This document shows positions 1 to 9,914 of a stretch of 64,000 bases of DNA, in pieces. How positions within the stretch are numbered: the first letter of the stretch is position 1; the number at the start of each line of letters is the position of its first letter. Origin of the DNA: a virus (Duplodnaviria > Heunggongvirae > Uroviricota > Caudoviricetes); IMG/VR virus record IMGVR_UViG_3300028584_000450, positions 95,394 to 159,393 of that record. One strand, given 5' to 3'. The translations under genes were made by a program, and so were the position numbers. The notes beneath the pieces were generated by a model, which did not search any database, was not told the DNA's origin, and saw nothing but the letters and a program-made list of their open reading frames with translations.

Positions 1-2218
1 ATGTTTTCCAAGGATGAAATAATGTAACTTTTAAATTACCATCAATTAGATATATATCATTACTATCAAGTATTACATCTTTATTAATGCTGAGATTTGA
101 ATTGACGTTGGGTGTTGTTGTTGGATTAATTATTAACTCTTGACTAACACCAGAGATATTAACCTTACATACATTCGTTGGATGATAGCAACTCTTATAA
201 ATATTCTCTGCAATAAAATTAATTGTTAATTTAGTCCCAATATTGTAGTATTGTATCCCGGATAAATACCTAAATATACCTTGTTTTAAACTCACACTTG
301 GTATAGTAGAAAAAAGCATTTCAGTATTACTTGGGTCAAAATGTACTACAAATGGGTGAGATTGTTCAATTTGGTCATTATATGTATGAACTAAAATAAA
401 TTCATTTCGCCCATTCATTAATGATTGTGTATTTATTGAACAATTCATTTTTTGCCATGCATTGAAATTGTTATATCTACGAACATCAATTATTTCTAAT
501 TGGCCTGCGGTGTTTAAGAATGTAACCTTACCATTCTGGCAATCATTTCCAATTCCAGAATTATCCCAAAGATTTATATCTTGAATGACTGGATAGTTAT
601 TATCAGCATCTAATGTCGAATTGAAATTTGCATCAATATCTAATGTCGCTTGAATTGTTGGTTGTGCATTTCCAGCTTTATATATAACTTTTAATAATCC
701 AATATTACCTTTTCGAAATCTAGTAGAATTTGTAATTCCAACGGTTGGAGTCGCATTAGATGCTCCAATTCCAGATGAAATATTTAACCATGGAGTTCCA
801 GATATATTTGTTAATATATCTCCTGGAGTTGCATCTAAATACCAATCTGTAGATAATCCACTAGGAATTTTTCCGATTTTTAATATTGGATTTGAAGTTA
901 AATCGATATCAGTAAGTCTATCAGATTCTGTAGGAGCTAATGTTTTAATGATATTATTAAAATCATCAATTATTTGAGAAACATTACTATTTGTATTTAT
1001 GTCGACGATTCCAGGATTATATAATCCATCTGGAGAAGGACCCATCATCATTTGGCTGCAAGTTTGACCTTCGAGTGTAACTGAACAACCAGATTCTTTA
1101 ATTAATTCCCCAGTAATAAATGATCCACTAGATAAAATTAATTCTCCTTGAACAGTCCAATCATTATATAATAATGAGTTATAACTATACACTTTTACAT
1201 TATTTGGAATTCGACATGTTGTCGATCTAATTAAACATCCATTTCTTAAAGTTAATAGTATTTTATCATCATTATTGAAATTTAATTCATTTACTTGACA
1301 TCCAATTAATTGTATATCTGATCCAATATTAGATGACCATAAATTTGGTTTAAATTGATCTTGATAGCTATTAATTTGAATTTCATTAATTACATGTGGA
1401 CTTGAAATAATAGCGCTCGTTACATTGGATAATACTAAACACCCGCTGATTTTACTATTTTTTATAATAGGTCTGTTAATATTTTTTAAATAGACATCTG
1501 TTAAATCACAATTTATAAAGACGCATTCATTTTTTCCAAAATTAGTATCAGCATGCTCTCCAACTAATCTGATTGGTTTTTTAAATGTTAAGTTTTCAAA
1601 TACAATTGATTTTAAATTTAGATTATTATATTCACTTATAAGTGAATTTTCATCAGATGGAGTTAAAATAGTTTGGTGTTCATCTGTACCACATAATACA
1701 ATATTTTCAAGCCATTCTGAATGTAAAATAATTGTATCCGAGTACTCTCCAGGTGATATTTTAATAATATGTCCAGTTGCAATTGTATTATTTTTTATAG
1801 AGCAGATATAATTGATAGCTTCTTGTATTGTTTTAAATGGAGCAACTAATGATCCGGTTGATGTATATTGATCTGAACGTGTTTTATCAACATAAACTGA
1901 TCTATCAACTTTAATATCAATCGTTCCAGTACTTCCAGTACTTCCAGTACTTCCAGTGTCCCCAGTACCTCCAGTACTCCAAAATGTTCCTCCAAATGTA
2001 TAAGTTTGATTTCGATCTTCAATAAAGATCTCCCAACCTATTTCTGGAATTTCAAAATTCCAATTTAATCCATCGAACCATGCAACTTCACCATTATGGT
2101 TTTCCCATGGATCGCCAGGAAGCATATCGTAATTTGGAACAATATATCTATCACCAAATTCTGCATTTTCAGGAGCATCTGAAAAGTCTAAACTTTTAAC
2201 TGGAAGTTGGGTTGGCAT
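1..2218 (-). CDS. Tail fibre/spike-like virion protein, truncated at window start (missing from ORF track)
   Basis: GGAG RBS then ATG at 2218 (MPTQLPVKSLDFSDAPENAEFGDRYIV...WENHNGEVAWFDGLNWNFEIPEIGWEIF), resembling DUF2793. A GST-repeat linker follows, then a 'GSLVAPFKTIQEAIN...IKISPGEY' beta-helix-type start. Frame checked open at both ends only. Confidence 0.65.
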   Translation of the reverse strand, partial: MPTQLPVKSLDFSDAPENAEFGDRYIVPNYDMLPGDPWENHNGEVAWFDGLNWNFEIPEIGWEIFIEDRNQTYTFGGTFWSTGGTGDTGSTGSTGSTGTIDIKVDRSVYVDKTRSDQYTSTGSLVAPFKTIQEAINYICSIKNNTIATGHIIKISPGEYSDTIILHSEWLENIVLCGTDEHQTILTPSDENSLISEYNNLNLKSIVFENLTFKKPIRLVGEHADTNFGKNECVFINCDLTDVYLKNINRPIIKNSKISGCLVLSNVTSAIISSPHVINEIQINSYQDQFKPNLWSSNIGSDIQLIGCQVNELNFNNDDKILLTLRNGCLIRSTTCRIPNNVKVYSYNSLLYNDWTVQGELILSSGSFITGELIKESGCSVTLEGQTCSQMMMGPSPDGLYNPGIVDINTNSNVSQIIDDFNNIIKTLAPTESDRLTDIDLTSNPILKIGKIPSGLSTDWYLDATPGDILTNISGTPWLNISSGIGASNATPTVGITNSTRFRKGNIGLLKVIYKAGNAQPTIQATLDIDANFNSTLDADNNYPVIQDINLWDNSGIGNDCQNGKVTFLNTAGQLEIIDVRRYNNFNAWQKMNCSINTQSLMNGRNEFILVHTYNDQIEQSHPFVVHFDPSNTEMLFSTIPSVSLKQGIFRYLSGIQYYNIGTKLTINFIAENIYKSCYHPTNVCKVNISGVSQELIINPTTTPNVNSNLSINKDVILDSNDIYLIDGNLKVTLFHPWKT

Positions 2219-2236
2219 TATATTTACTCCTTAATA

Positions 2237-2782
2237 TTATAATCCAGTATTAACCGAAACTTCATATGAATCATCTTCAATAATAACTTGTAGCTGAATT
2301 TCATACTCAACATGATCTTGAAATTGTTTATTTTCGATTGAGATGTTTGATACCATAACTCCAATATCATAATCTCGTCCTAAAACTCCAGCAAGTAAGC
2401 CAACTTCATTACCAATTAATGTATTTCTTAATGATGTATCTCTGGTTTGTAATTGTTGTTTTAATTCACATCCAAACTTAACATCAAATGGATAGGATCC
2501 TGTCATGATATGTAAATAATTTTTCAAATATTGTATTATTAAATCATGTTTAGTTTTAATTGGTTCTAAATCATTATATATAGAAATTGTTGGAATTATA
2601 TCGTATATATTGCTGATGTTTGGGTCTATCGGTTCATTTTCAAGATAATTTCTTAATAAATATTGGACTGCCGGAGGGAGATCATTAATTACATGATCAT
2701 CTCCAGCAGTCCTAATACTTAGAGGAATTTGAGATAATATATCAGCTGGTAATGTTTTAAAATTAATATTACCACTTATCAT
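2237..2782 (-). CDS. Baseplate wedge protein, gp25-like
   Basis: 'YLHIMTGSYPFDVKFGCELKQQL' gp25-like motif; AGGTGAG RBS before ATG 2782. Confidence 0.65.
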   Translation of the reverse strand: MISGNINFKTLPADILSQIPLSIRTAGDDHVINDLPPAVQYLLRNYLENEPIDPNISNIYDIIPTISIYNDLEPIKTKHDLIIQYLKNYLHIMTGSYPFDVKFGCELKQQLQTRDTSLRNTLIGNEVGLLAGVLGRDYDIGVMVSNISIENKQFQDHVEYEIQLQVIIEDDSYEVSVNTGL

Positions 2783-2787
2783 AAATC

Positions 2788-3018
2788 TCACCTATTATTT
2801 TTATTGCGTTGAGCGTGTTGCTTTTGTTCATCTCGTCTTTCTTGAACTCTTGCAAGAATTAAATCTTGAAATAAACAATATGGTAATTCTAATATATCTT
2901 GCACACTTCCTTTATAATCAAATAATTTTTGAAAATTAAGTATAGTTTTGATATAGAAATCATAATGTTCTTGAGCTTCTTCTTCTTCAGTCCCGTTGAA
3001 GGAACCTCCTGAAAAGGT
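2788..3018 (-). CDS. Start-less 76-codon frame overlapping the upstream chaperone; probable frameshift extension (G-T type)
   Basis: Open from 3018 to TGA at 2790-2788, fills the intergenic gap, no in-frame ATG. Confidence 0.65.
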   Translation of the reverse strand, partial: TFSGGSFNGTEEEEAQEHYDFYIKTILNFQKLFDYKGSVQDILELPYCLFQDLILARVQERRDEQKQHAQRNKNNR

Positions 3019-3865
3019 TCAATTCAATATCTACTATAAAATCAAACGTTTTCCGGCATTTCGGGCACGTCATGATTTTCTTGAAAACTGGTAGATACTT
3101 ACTGAATTCTTTTCGATATGAATCAAGAACTTCTTCTACCATACTAAGCAGAAAATATGTGGATATTACAAGATGAATTTGATCTGTTTTATCCCAGGTA
3201 TCTGGAGTAAGATCATCTTCAGTCTTAAATACTTGAATTCTTCTAGTAATGGATGCTAATTCTTCTGGAGAAGCAAAAATAGATCCAAATTTCTCAAAAT
3301 TATGTCGGAGCTTTACTGCAGGGATTACTGAAAGTATATCAAAGTATTCAGCCGTTGTAGGTAGGCTAGTTTCAAATACAATTTTATATATATTTTCAAT
3401 ATTTACAATCTTTTCAACTGGAAATCTAAATTGATTATATGGGACATCTTTTTCCCAATTAGTCAATGTATCTTCATGAATTACATCATCTGCAAGAACT
3501 TCAACTGTGAATTCATGATTGCAATGTACACATGTTGCATGTTTATCGCCTAATGTTCCATATGAAGCTGCATAAATTCCCCATAGGAGAACCTTACGAT
3601 CAATATGGGACATCAATTTAATAAATTCTTCAAATGGGATTGTTTGTCCATCTACTGTGGGAAACAAACAATGTTTATGAATTATTCCTGAAAGTTGTTG
3701 ATCATAAGTATCTATGGCGGTTACAGTAGATCTTAATAAAAGATCATCAGATGCAACTAACGGGGTTGTGATTGCTCGAATATTTGCAATTGGACAAAAT
3801 ACTTCTCGTTGTTTAACTCTTGAAAGACTTTCGAGGTTTCGAAGAGCCTGCACATTATTTAACAT
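2987..3865 (-). CDS. Tail/baseplate assembly chaperone (gp26/gp51-like) with two CxxC pairs
   Basis: CVHC...CPKC, ends 'LNLFRRF'; lies between capsid and gp25-like genes. Confidence 0.6.
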   Translation of the reverse strand: MLNNVQALRNLESLSRVKQREVFCPIANIRAITTPLVASDDLLLRSTVTAIDTYDQQLSGIIHKHCLFPTVDGQTIPFEEFIKLMSHIDRKVLLWGIYAASYGTLGDKHATCVHCNHEFTVEVLADDVIHEDTLTNWEKDVPYNQFRFPVEKIVNIENIYKIVFETSLPTTAEYFDILSVIPAVKLRHNFEKFGSIFASPEELASITRRIQVFKTEDDLTPDTWDKTDQIHLVISTYFLLSMVEEVLDSYRKEFSKYLPVFKKIMTCPKCRKTFDFIVDIELNLFRRFLQRD

Positions 3866-3890
3866 TAGGAATTCTCCTTAATCAATTAGT

Positions 3891-3931
3891 AAAAAACTCC
3901 CAGAAATAGATAATGCTATTTCTGGGAGTTT
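3891..3931 (-). terminator. Rho-independent terminator after major capsid gene
   Basis: AAACTCCCAGAAATAG-CATTAT-CTATTTCTGGGAGTTT followed by further T residues on the minus strand. Confidence 0.85.
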
Positions 3932-3951
3932 CATCAATATACGATGACTAG

Positions 3952-5568
3952 TTATGGTAACCGAGTCTCAGGTCCAAGAAGATCATCAAGACCTTCGACA
4001 TTAACAACTCCAATAGCCTGAGGAGCACATACTTCAAGAGCAGTTCTACTCTTGACAAATGTACGGCTAACAGAGTTTGTGATTTCATCAATAATATAAA
4101 GTGGTTTGTATACAAAATCAATAATAACTGCTCTAGATAGGTTATCTCCAGGAGCTTTATATACCTGGTAAATCTTATTATCATTAATTGCAGGACTTGT
4201 TAGAATTGTTTGTTTCATCATAGATCCACTGGGCTGATTAATATAACCACCTTCACCCTGAGTATATGAGCTTGTATTTACAGACCAATGTTGCATAGAT
4301 TCAAGCATAGCTCCAGTTCTCAATCCAGTTACAAGAAACTGTGGAGTTGCTCTAAAGTTTCTATGAATGATTCTATTATTCATAGCAATTCTAGGAACAA
4401 CTGATTGGAAAATAAGAGCAATAGAAGGGGGAGAAAGGATGGCAGCCATATCCTGGAAACTTGCCATATTTATATTCTGCACTGCACCCCAATATGCCAT
4501 TTCTGCTTCATTTGCTTCAAGAAAGTATGCAAGATCGTGATCTTTATTGAGAAGCATCTGGGTTTTAATTGCTTCGGACATTGTTCTTACAAGATCGATA
4601 TTATAAATATCCCTATAATCTTGAATTGTTTCTGTCTGAAGTTCAATCTCAAAATCTTCTCGAGTATCAACATTTATATCCCAACCAGAAATATTGATAG
4701 CAACCTTTACACGACCAACATCACCAGTTTTGGGTGAGTATACACACTTACAAGTACAATACAAAGCCATAAATGTAATTGCAGGAATTGTTCCAAAACT
4801 AACGCTATACTGAACGTTACCACTATCCCAATCAACATGACCAATAAGTGTACCAACACCCTCTCTACCAACACTATCTTTAAACTGAAATTCTTTATGT
4901 AGCTGACCACGAGCATCTGGTCTAATATTGAGCGAAACTAGAGTTGTAGTATCATTTACACCACCAGTATCTCCTTTCACTTCAATTGTGGAGATCATGA
5001 AATATCTCTGGTTAACTCTAGTTTTAGTATTATTTACTTCTCCAGTTGAAAACCCAGAAGATAATTCAAATAGATTATTTGAAGTATTTGGGATAATGTC
5101 AAGAGTCTCAGCTTTAGTTCTAATAAGATATTGAGCTCTGGGCATTGGGAATTTAGAAGTAGTACCATCTGTATTTTTAACAGACGCTGTCAACTCTACT
5201 TTTGGAATTGTAATTATACTTTTTCCAGTAGGATAAGTTGTTGCAAGACGACTTATGACGGGATCAGCATAAATGTCTGTCAAAATAGGAAAGTAAGTAA
5301 CCGCATAACCAATTATTGATGCGGAAGGTCCAAGTTGGATACTTTCCTGTAGAAGATATTCACGCTCACGATCACAAACTGCCATAACTGCCGCTTTCTG
5401 ATATGGTTCAAGCCCTTCTGTAAGAGATGTCATATATGCAGAAAATGCACCATCAGATGAAAGCATATCAATTGCACCAGCGGGTGTTTCCAATTCATCA
5501 TGATCCTTTAGAAATGAATCATAATTTTCAAAAATCATATCACTCAAATTAAGATCTGTACTTTTCAT
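3952..5568 (-). CDS. Major capsid protein
   Basis: 538 aa directly after prohead protease; GGAGG RBS; own terminator; 'LLQE|S' candidate maturation site. Confidence 0.75.
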   Translation of the reverse strand: MKSTDLNLSDMIFENYDSFLKDHDELETPAGAIDMLSSDGAFSAYMTSLTEGLEPYQKAAVMAVCDREREYLLQESIQLGPSASIIGYAVTYFPILTDIYADPVISRLATTYPTGKSIITIPKVELTASVKNTDGTTSKFPMPRAQYLIRTKAETLDIIPNTSNNLFELSSGFSTGEVNNTKTRVNQRYFMISTIEVKGDTGGVNDTTTLVSLNIRPDARGQLHKEFQFKDSVGREGVGTLIGHVDWDSGNVQYSVSFGTIPAITFMALYCTCKCVYSPKTGDVGRVKVAINISGWDINVDTREDFEIELQTETIQDYRDIYNIDLVRTMSEAIKTQMLLNKDHDLAYFLEANEAEMAYWGAVQNINMASFQDMAAILSPPSIALIFQSVVPRIAMNNRIIHRNFRATPQFLVTGLRTGAMLESMQHWSVNTSSYTQGEGGYINQPSGSMMKQTILTSPAINDNKIYQVYKAPGDNLSRAVIIDFVYKPLYIIDEITNSVSRTFVKSRTALEVCAPQAIGVVNVEGLDDLLGPETRLP

Positions 5569-5608
5569 GTGTTTAATTCCTCCAAATAAGTTTACTAATC
5601 ATTAAATA

Positions 5609-6370
5609 TTAAATGTGAAATATAACCGGTTTCATATTCATAAATACGTCTTCAACAACACGATCTATATAATCGTACATAGATTCATTACTTTCTTGAA
5701 ATTGAATACGATCATATAATATTGTATTCTCTTGAAGCAGTTCATTATTCGAACATCCTTCAGTCAAAAATTCGGTTACATTTTCAGGTAAAAATTCCAT
5801 AACTCTTGCTGTTGCGTGAGATGGATTTGTAACTGTATCATATGTTATTGGCCGAATTGGTCTAACCACTCTAGCTGGTCCACCAGATCCTTCCATTTCA
5901 ACTCTACCGAACATTCGTAATGAAAAACCAATATCTGCTTTATCATGAACAATTAAATTATACATATCTGGTCCAAGAAATCCACTGAGGGTTTCAATTT
6001 CAGCAATTATCTTATTTTCCTGTATGTATAAATCTCGTATTAATGATCCGCAATTTTTCATTTCTACAGTCACCGCACGACGATTAGCCGCATCTTTATC
6101 TCCATTAATTGATGGATGATCAATTTCTTGAAATAGAGATCTAGATCTCGCTTTAGGTCGAAGAGTTTCAACTATGTCATTCCCGATAGCTTTACTATAA
6201 AATCTACCATTCTGGTTGCGTTCTTCAAGAGTTTGCATAACTGCTTTAAATGCAACTTTAGGATGACCAGAAGGAGATTTAGTAACATTTTCAAGAATTG
6301 TAATTTCTTCATTAGGTATTATATTGCAAATATCAAACATTATACCTAATGAATTCCTTGAGGATTTCAT
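5609..6370 (-). CDS. Prohead core protease (T4 gp21-like)
   Basis: 'RNQNGRFY', 'EIDHP', 'GFSLRMFG', 'ITYDTVTNPS' motifs. Confidence 0.85.
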   Translation of the reverse strand: MKSSRNSLGIMFDICNIIPNEEITILENVTKSPSGHPKVAFKAVMQTLEERNQNGRFYSKAIGNDIVETLRPKARSRSLFQEIDHPSINGDKDAANRRAVTVEMKNCGSLIRDLYIQENKIIAEIETLSGFLGPDMYNLIVHDKADIGFSLRMFGRVEMEGSGGPARVVRPIRPITYDTVTNPSHATARVMEFLPENVTEFLTEGCSNNELLQENTILYDRIQFQESNESMYDYIDRVVEDVFMNMKPVIFHI

Positions 6371-6384
6371 TGTATTTGTACTCC

Positions 6385-6837
6385 TTACATATTAGTCTCA
6401 TCATCCAAATCATCTGATCTATTTGGAAGTTTAATCTTAAATTTTTCACTAATATATTCAATCAACATATCAATAAGTTTAATTGTTTCTGGATATGTAA
6501 ATGTATTGTAGAATAATAACAATAGATCTATAAATTCAAAAATATTTATTACTTCGGGATCTAATCTATCGATTTTTATATTAGTTTCAAGATCATATCG
6601 AATTGATTTTAATCGACTATAAAGAACATATCGCTTTATATTCTCAAATTTAATTTCTGTACTTGGAATAGCTTCGGGTTGTTGCTGATCCTGTTGTTGC
6701 GGATCCTGTTGTTGTTGCTGTTGCGGATCCTGTTGTTGTTGCTGTTGTGGATCAGGTTGTTGTGGAGCCATATTAAATTCTTGAATATATTGATTGAACT
6801 TTTGATTTAAATCTAAATTATATTCACAAAAAAACAT
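6385..6837 (-). CDS. Hypothetical protein with poly-Q/DP repeats
   Basis: ORF between portal and protease; PDPQQQQQQ repeats. Confidence 0.6.
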   Translation of the reverse strand: MFFCEYNLDLNQKFNQYIQEFNMAPQQPDPQQQQQQDPQQQQQQDPQQQDQQQPEAIPSTEIKFENIKRYVLYSRLKSIRYDLETNIKIDRLDPEVINIFEFIDLLLLFYNTFTYPETIKLIDMLIEYISEKFKIKLPNRSDDLDDETNM

Positions 6838-8978
6838 TAAAATTGGCCTCCATTAGCATCTTGCGGATCCGCAGTTGCTTGAGCTGCTAAAAATAATTTA
6901 TATTCTTTAGCTTCTTTAGTAAATTCAGCCCAATCGATTGTTGGGAGATATCGTTTAAGAAAATAATAGGGATCGAAATCCATACTTGCTGTTTGAAACC
7001 CTTGTTGAATATTCATGATAGATCCCATAATTTGTTCAAGCATTTGCAATATCAATACTACTGGGGGCTTTAATGATAGTTGCGCATATTTTGATGGGAT
7101 TTTTTTAAGTCCAAGAGTACTTGCAATTTTATCGGATAATTCATTCATTCCAAGTGTAAGTGTATGTTGAATTGAAACAATTTCAGTGGCAAATACAATA
7201 TTACTATGTACTAATTGTTCTCTGAGTTCTACAACATCTGCATATCCTAAATATGGAGCTGGAACACCTGAAAGTGCGATTAATTCTCGTCTACTATCTT
7301 CAAGATCTGCAATTTTAATATTTGCATCTCCTAAAGCTTGTAATTCAACATCAACAAATTTTTGTCCTTTTTTAGAAATCATAACAATATCTCTAAAATC
7401 AGATAAAACTTTCGGTACACTTTTAAAAGATACTAAATCCTCAACAGTGGTTTTTTGATTACGAAGCTCTCTCTTTAATTTCTGAACTAAATTACTATGA
7501 TGTTCTCTGGCACCTGTCTCTACAGTCCACTTACGAACTACAGATGCTCTTGATAATTTTGTTACAACATTTGCTAATTGTGATAATAAATATAATTTTC
7601 CAGGGTACACAAGAGGATCAATTATCGAACTTCCATATGGAAAAAAATCTACAGGATTGTGTCGAATCTGAATCATCCTAGATTTTGAAATGAATCTTAC
7701 AGATAATTTATTTAATTTTGAGTTAGCTTTAGTTTTATAATTTGGATTTGACTGAATGAACAATTTCTTAGTTAAAAAAAATAAATCATCGCCTAACGTA
7801 TCATGTAATAATCTTTCATATTGAATTTCTTTACTTTGCTTTTGTTCTGGACTTAAATTATCATCATTAGCAGATACTGTAATTTTAGATTTTTTAATAA
7901 TGTCTTTAATCATACGATTAACTAATTTTTGAATGATTATTGAATTATCTTGTTTTTTAGATGATAAATTTGTTAATTGCCCAACAACTTGTGCAAATTG
8001 ATTGCCTATAGATGATGTGTTTGTTACTTTAGAATGTTCCATGATTTCAACATATCCAAGCTCAGTATTATCATCTGTTAGCAATACACTAATATTATCT
8101 GGTTTATGGTACTTAAGATATATTCGATCTAATAATTTTTTGTTAAATGCTTTAGATGTGGTTTCAGTTTCAACACCTTCATATTTTGAAGTTTCATTTA
8201 TATATGCATCTCGAATACCTTGAAGTTCTGGAGAATTTGTAATAGTCAAATTATCATCAACTTCAATCAACATAGAATATAATTGATCAACACCACCATT
8301 TAAAATTTTTTCATATTCATCTACATTTGTTTTATTTAAATTAATTTTACGTTCAATTGATGATAACGATTCAATGACCAACCTATCTTCAGTGGCTGTT
8401 GATTTATTAATCTTAGGCAATGTTACTATATCATCTTGCAAATCTACAATTTCAATAAAATAATCGCCTTTTCGTATTACATTCTGAATTATGCTATTTT
8501 TTAAATTAGCTTCAAGATTGAATTTATCAATCACATCATTCTGATATGTTTTGAAATAATTGAAATCCTGAGAATTACCTTTTCCACTATCTGTAATTTT
8601 AGAATATAAATATTTCCCAGTTAAAACATCTTGTTGTAGACTGTTATTGATATATGTCTGGACAATTCGTTTAATTAATTGTACTGAATTATATAATTCT
8701 TCATATATCTTATATCTGCTTAATCTATTAGCAGCTACTGTGATTTGATCTAATAAATTTTGATATCCGGCATCTGGACCATCGGATGTCTTATCCTTAT
8801 CATTATGGTCCATAGATTGAATGAATTCATTTAAAGCAATATCAGTTAAATCAACTTCAACTTCAGATGATGGTTGAGTTTTAATACCTCCAATTAAAGT
8901 ATCTACTCTAGACATCATATTTGATAGATCAGTATCTCCAAATAATGAACCAAGATTAAATTTCTTTCCCACTTTCAA
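6837..8978 (-). CDS. Portal protein (T4 gp20-like)
   Basis: 713 aa, TTG start with AAGGAG RBS; 'PYGSSIIDP', 'KLSRASVVR', 'ALSGVPAPYL' motifs; upstream of protease and capsid. Confidence 0.8.
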   Translation of the reverse strand: MKVGKKFNLGSLFGDTDLSNMMSRVDTLIGGIKTQPSSEVEVDLTDIALNEFIQSMDHNDKDKTSDGPDAGYQNLLDQITVAANRLSRYKIYEELYNSVQLIKRIVQTYINNSLQQDVLTGKYLYSKITDSGKGNSQDFNYFKTYQNDVIDKFNLEANLKNSIIQNVIRKGDYFIEIVDLQDDIVTLPKINKSTATEDRLVIESLSSIERKINLNKTNVDEYEKILNGGVDQLYSMLIEVDDNLTITNSPELQGIRDAYINETSKYEGVETETTSKAFNKKLLDRIYLKYHKPDNISVLLTDDNTELGYVEIMEHSKVTNTSSIGNQFAQVVGQLTNLSSKKQDNSIIIQKLVNRMIKDIIKKSKITVSANDDNLSPEQKQSKEIQYERLLHDTLGDDLFFLTKKLFIQSNPNYKTKANSKLNKLSVRFISKSRMIQIRHNPVDFFPYGSSIIDPLVYPGKLYLLSQLANVVTKLSRASVVRKWTVETGAREHHSNLVQKLKRELRNQKTTVEDLVSFKSVPKVLSDFRDIVMISKKGQKFVDVELQALGDANIKIADLEDSRRELIALSGVPAPYLGYADVVELREQLVHSNIVFATEIVSIQHTLTLGMNELSDKIASTLGLKKIPSKYAQLSLKPPVVLILQMLEQIMGSIMNIQQGFQTASMDFDPYYFLKRYLPTIDWAEFTKEAKEYKLFLAAQATADPQDANGGQF

Positions 8979-9343
8979 TTAGAACTCCTTTTTTTAGTGT
9001 GTGAATTAGATAATGTCAGTTCAATATTTTGTGTGAATAATGAATATAAAGTGCTGAAAATATAGTATACAACACCATCATTAGAATATACACATCTAAG
9101 TTTCTTTAAGTATGTTTTACTTAAATTCATTAATATAGTTTCAATATTGGATTTAACAATTTCATTAATATTATTTAAACTATTTTGGTTTTTTAAAGTG
9201 TCAAGACCATATAATTTAATTAATTTAGAAATTTGAGGTGTAATCGATTGGTGGTATATAAGATTAATCATAATATCTAATGGTTGAATAATTTGATCGA
9301 ATTCAGATAATTGTTCAGTTTCATTATTCATATTCATCTCCAA
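8975..9343 (-). CDS. Hypothetical protein
   Basis: 122-aa ORF overlapping the portal start. Confidence 0.55.
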   Translation of the reverse strand: MEMNMNNETEQLSEFDQIIQPLDIMINLIYHQSITPQISKLIKLYGLDTLKNQNSLNNINEIVKSNIETILMNLSKTYLKKLRCVYSNDGVVYYIFSTLYSLFTQNIELTLSNSHTKKRSSN

Positions 9344-9392
9344 AAAAAATTAAAAATGCACGGTTAAAATTATTTAACCGTGCTATTTTTTT
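9342..9392 (-). terminator. Rho-independent terminator
   Basis: GCACGGTTAAA / TTTAACCGTGC 11-bp stem flanked by T tracts. Confidence 0.75.
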
Positions 9393-9394
9393 CA

Positions 9395-9643
9395 TTACAT
9401 TAGGTTCAGTCTTGAGAGTTTATCTTCAATATCTCCAAGATTTTCAGCAATATCCATTCCAGATACATTATTTTCAGAATAGTTAATCATATTCTGGAGA
9501 AGAGTCTGGGCATCTCCAGATTCCTGAATAGCAACATCCTTTCTTAGATCATCTTCAAGACTGGAGATGTAGCTCTCGTTAACTCTTTTAAATCCTGAGA
9601 TAATTGCACCATCGATGATATCATTTACAGTTGTTTCACTCAT
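9395..9643 (-). CDS. Small acidic protein (possible head internal/scaffold protein)
   Basis: GGAGG RBS before ATG 9643; several xxE|S/N motifs. Confidence 0.55.
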   Translation of the reverse strand: MSETTVNDIIDGAIISGFKRVNESYISSLEDDLRKDVAIQESGDAQTLLQNMINYSENNVSGMDIAENLGDIEDKLSRLNLM

Positions 9644-9914
9644 AATAATTTCCTCCGAAAAATTTAAATTAATTAATGTCAAACGGTTAGATCATATTGA
9701 CTCAAATATCAATATGATACTATTTTTAAACGACAACTTCTTCTTATAAAAATAATCCACAATACATCACTTATATATTAATTAAGTGTAAATTATGGAA
9801 ATCTTTTGGTATCTTACGTTTACAAGGCACCTTAAATTAGTGTTAATCTGTCATATTATATCTATTTAATTTTGTATATCTAATTAAGGATATATCAAAT
9901 TAATATAGAATATA

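Noticed and set aside
9683-9914. About 230-nt intergenic region with small hairpins as a possible ncRNA
   Set aside because: Very AT-rich, only short stems, no second copy; better explained as promoter region
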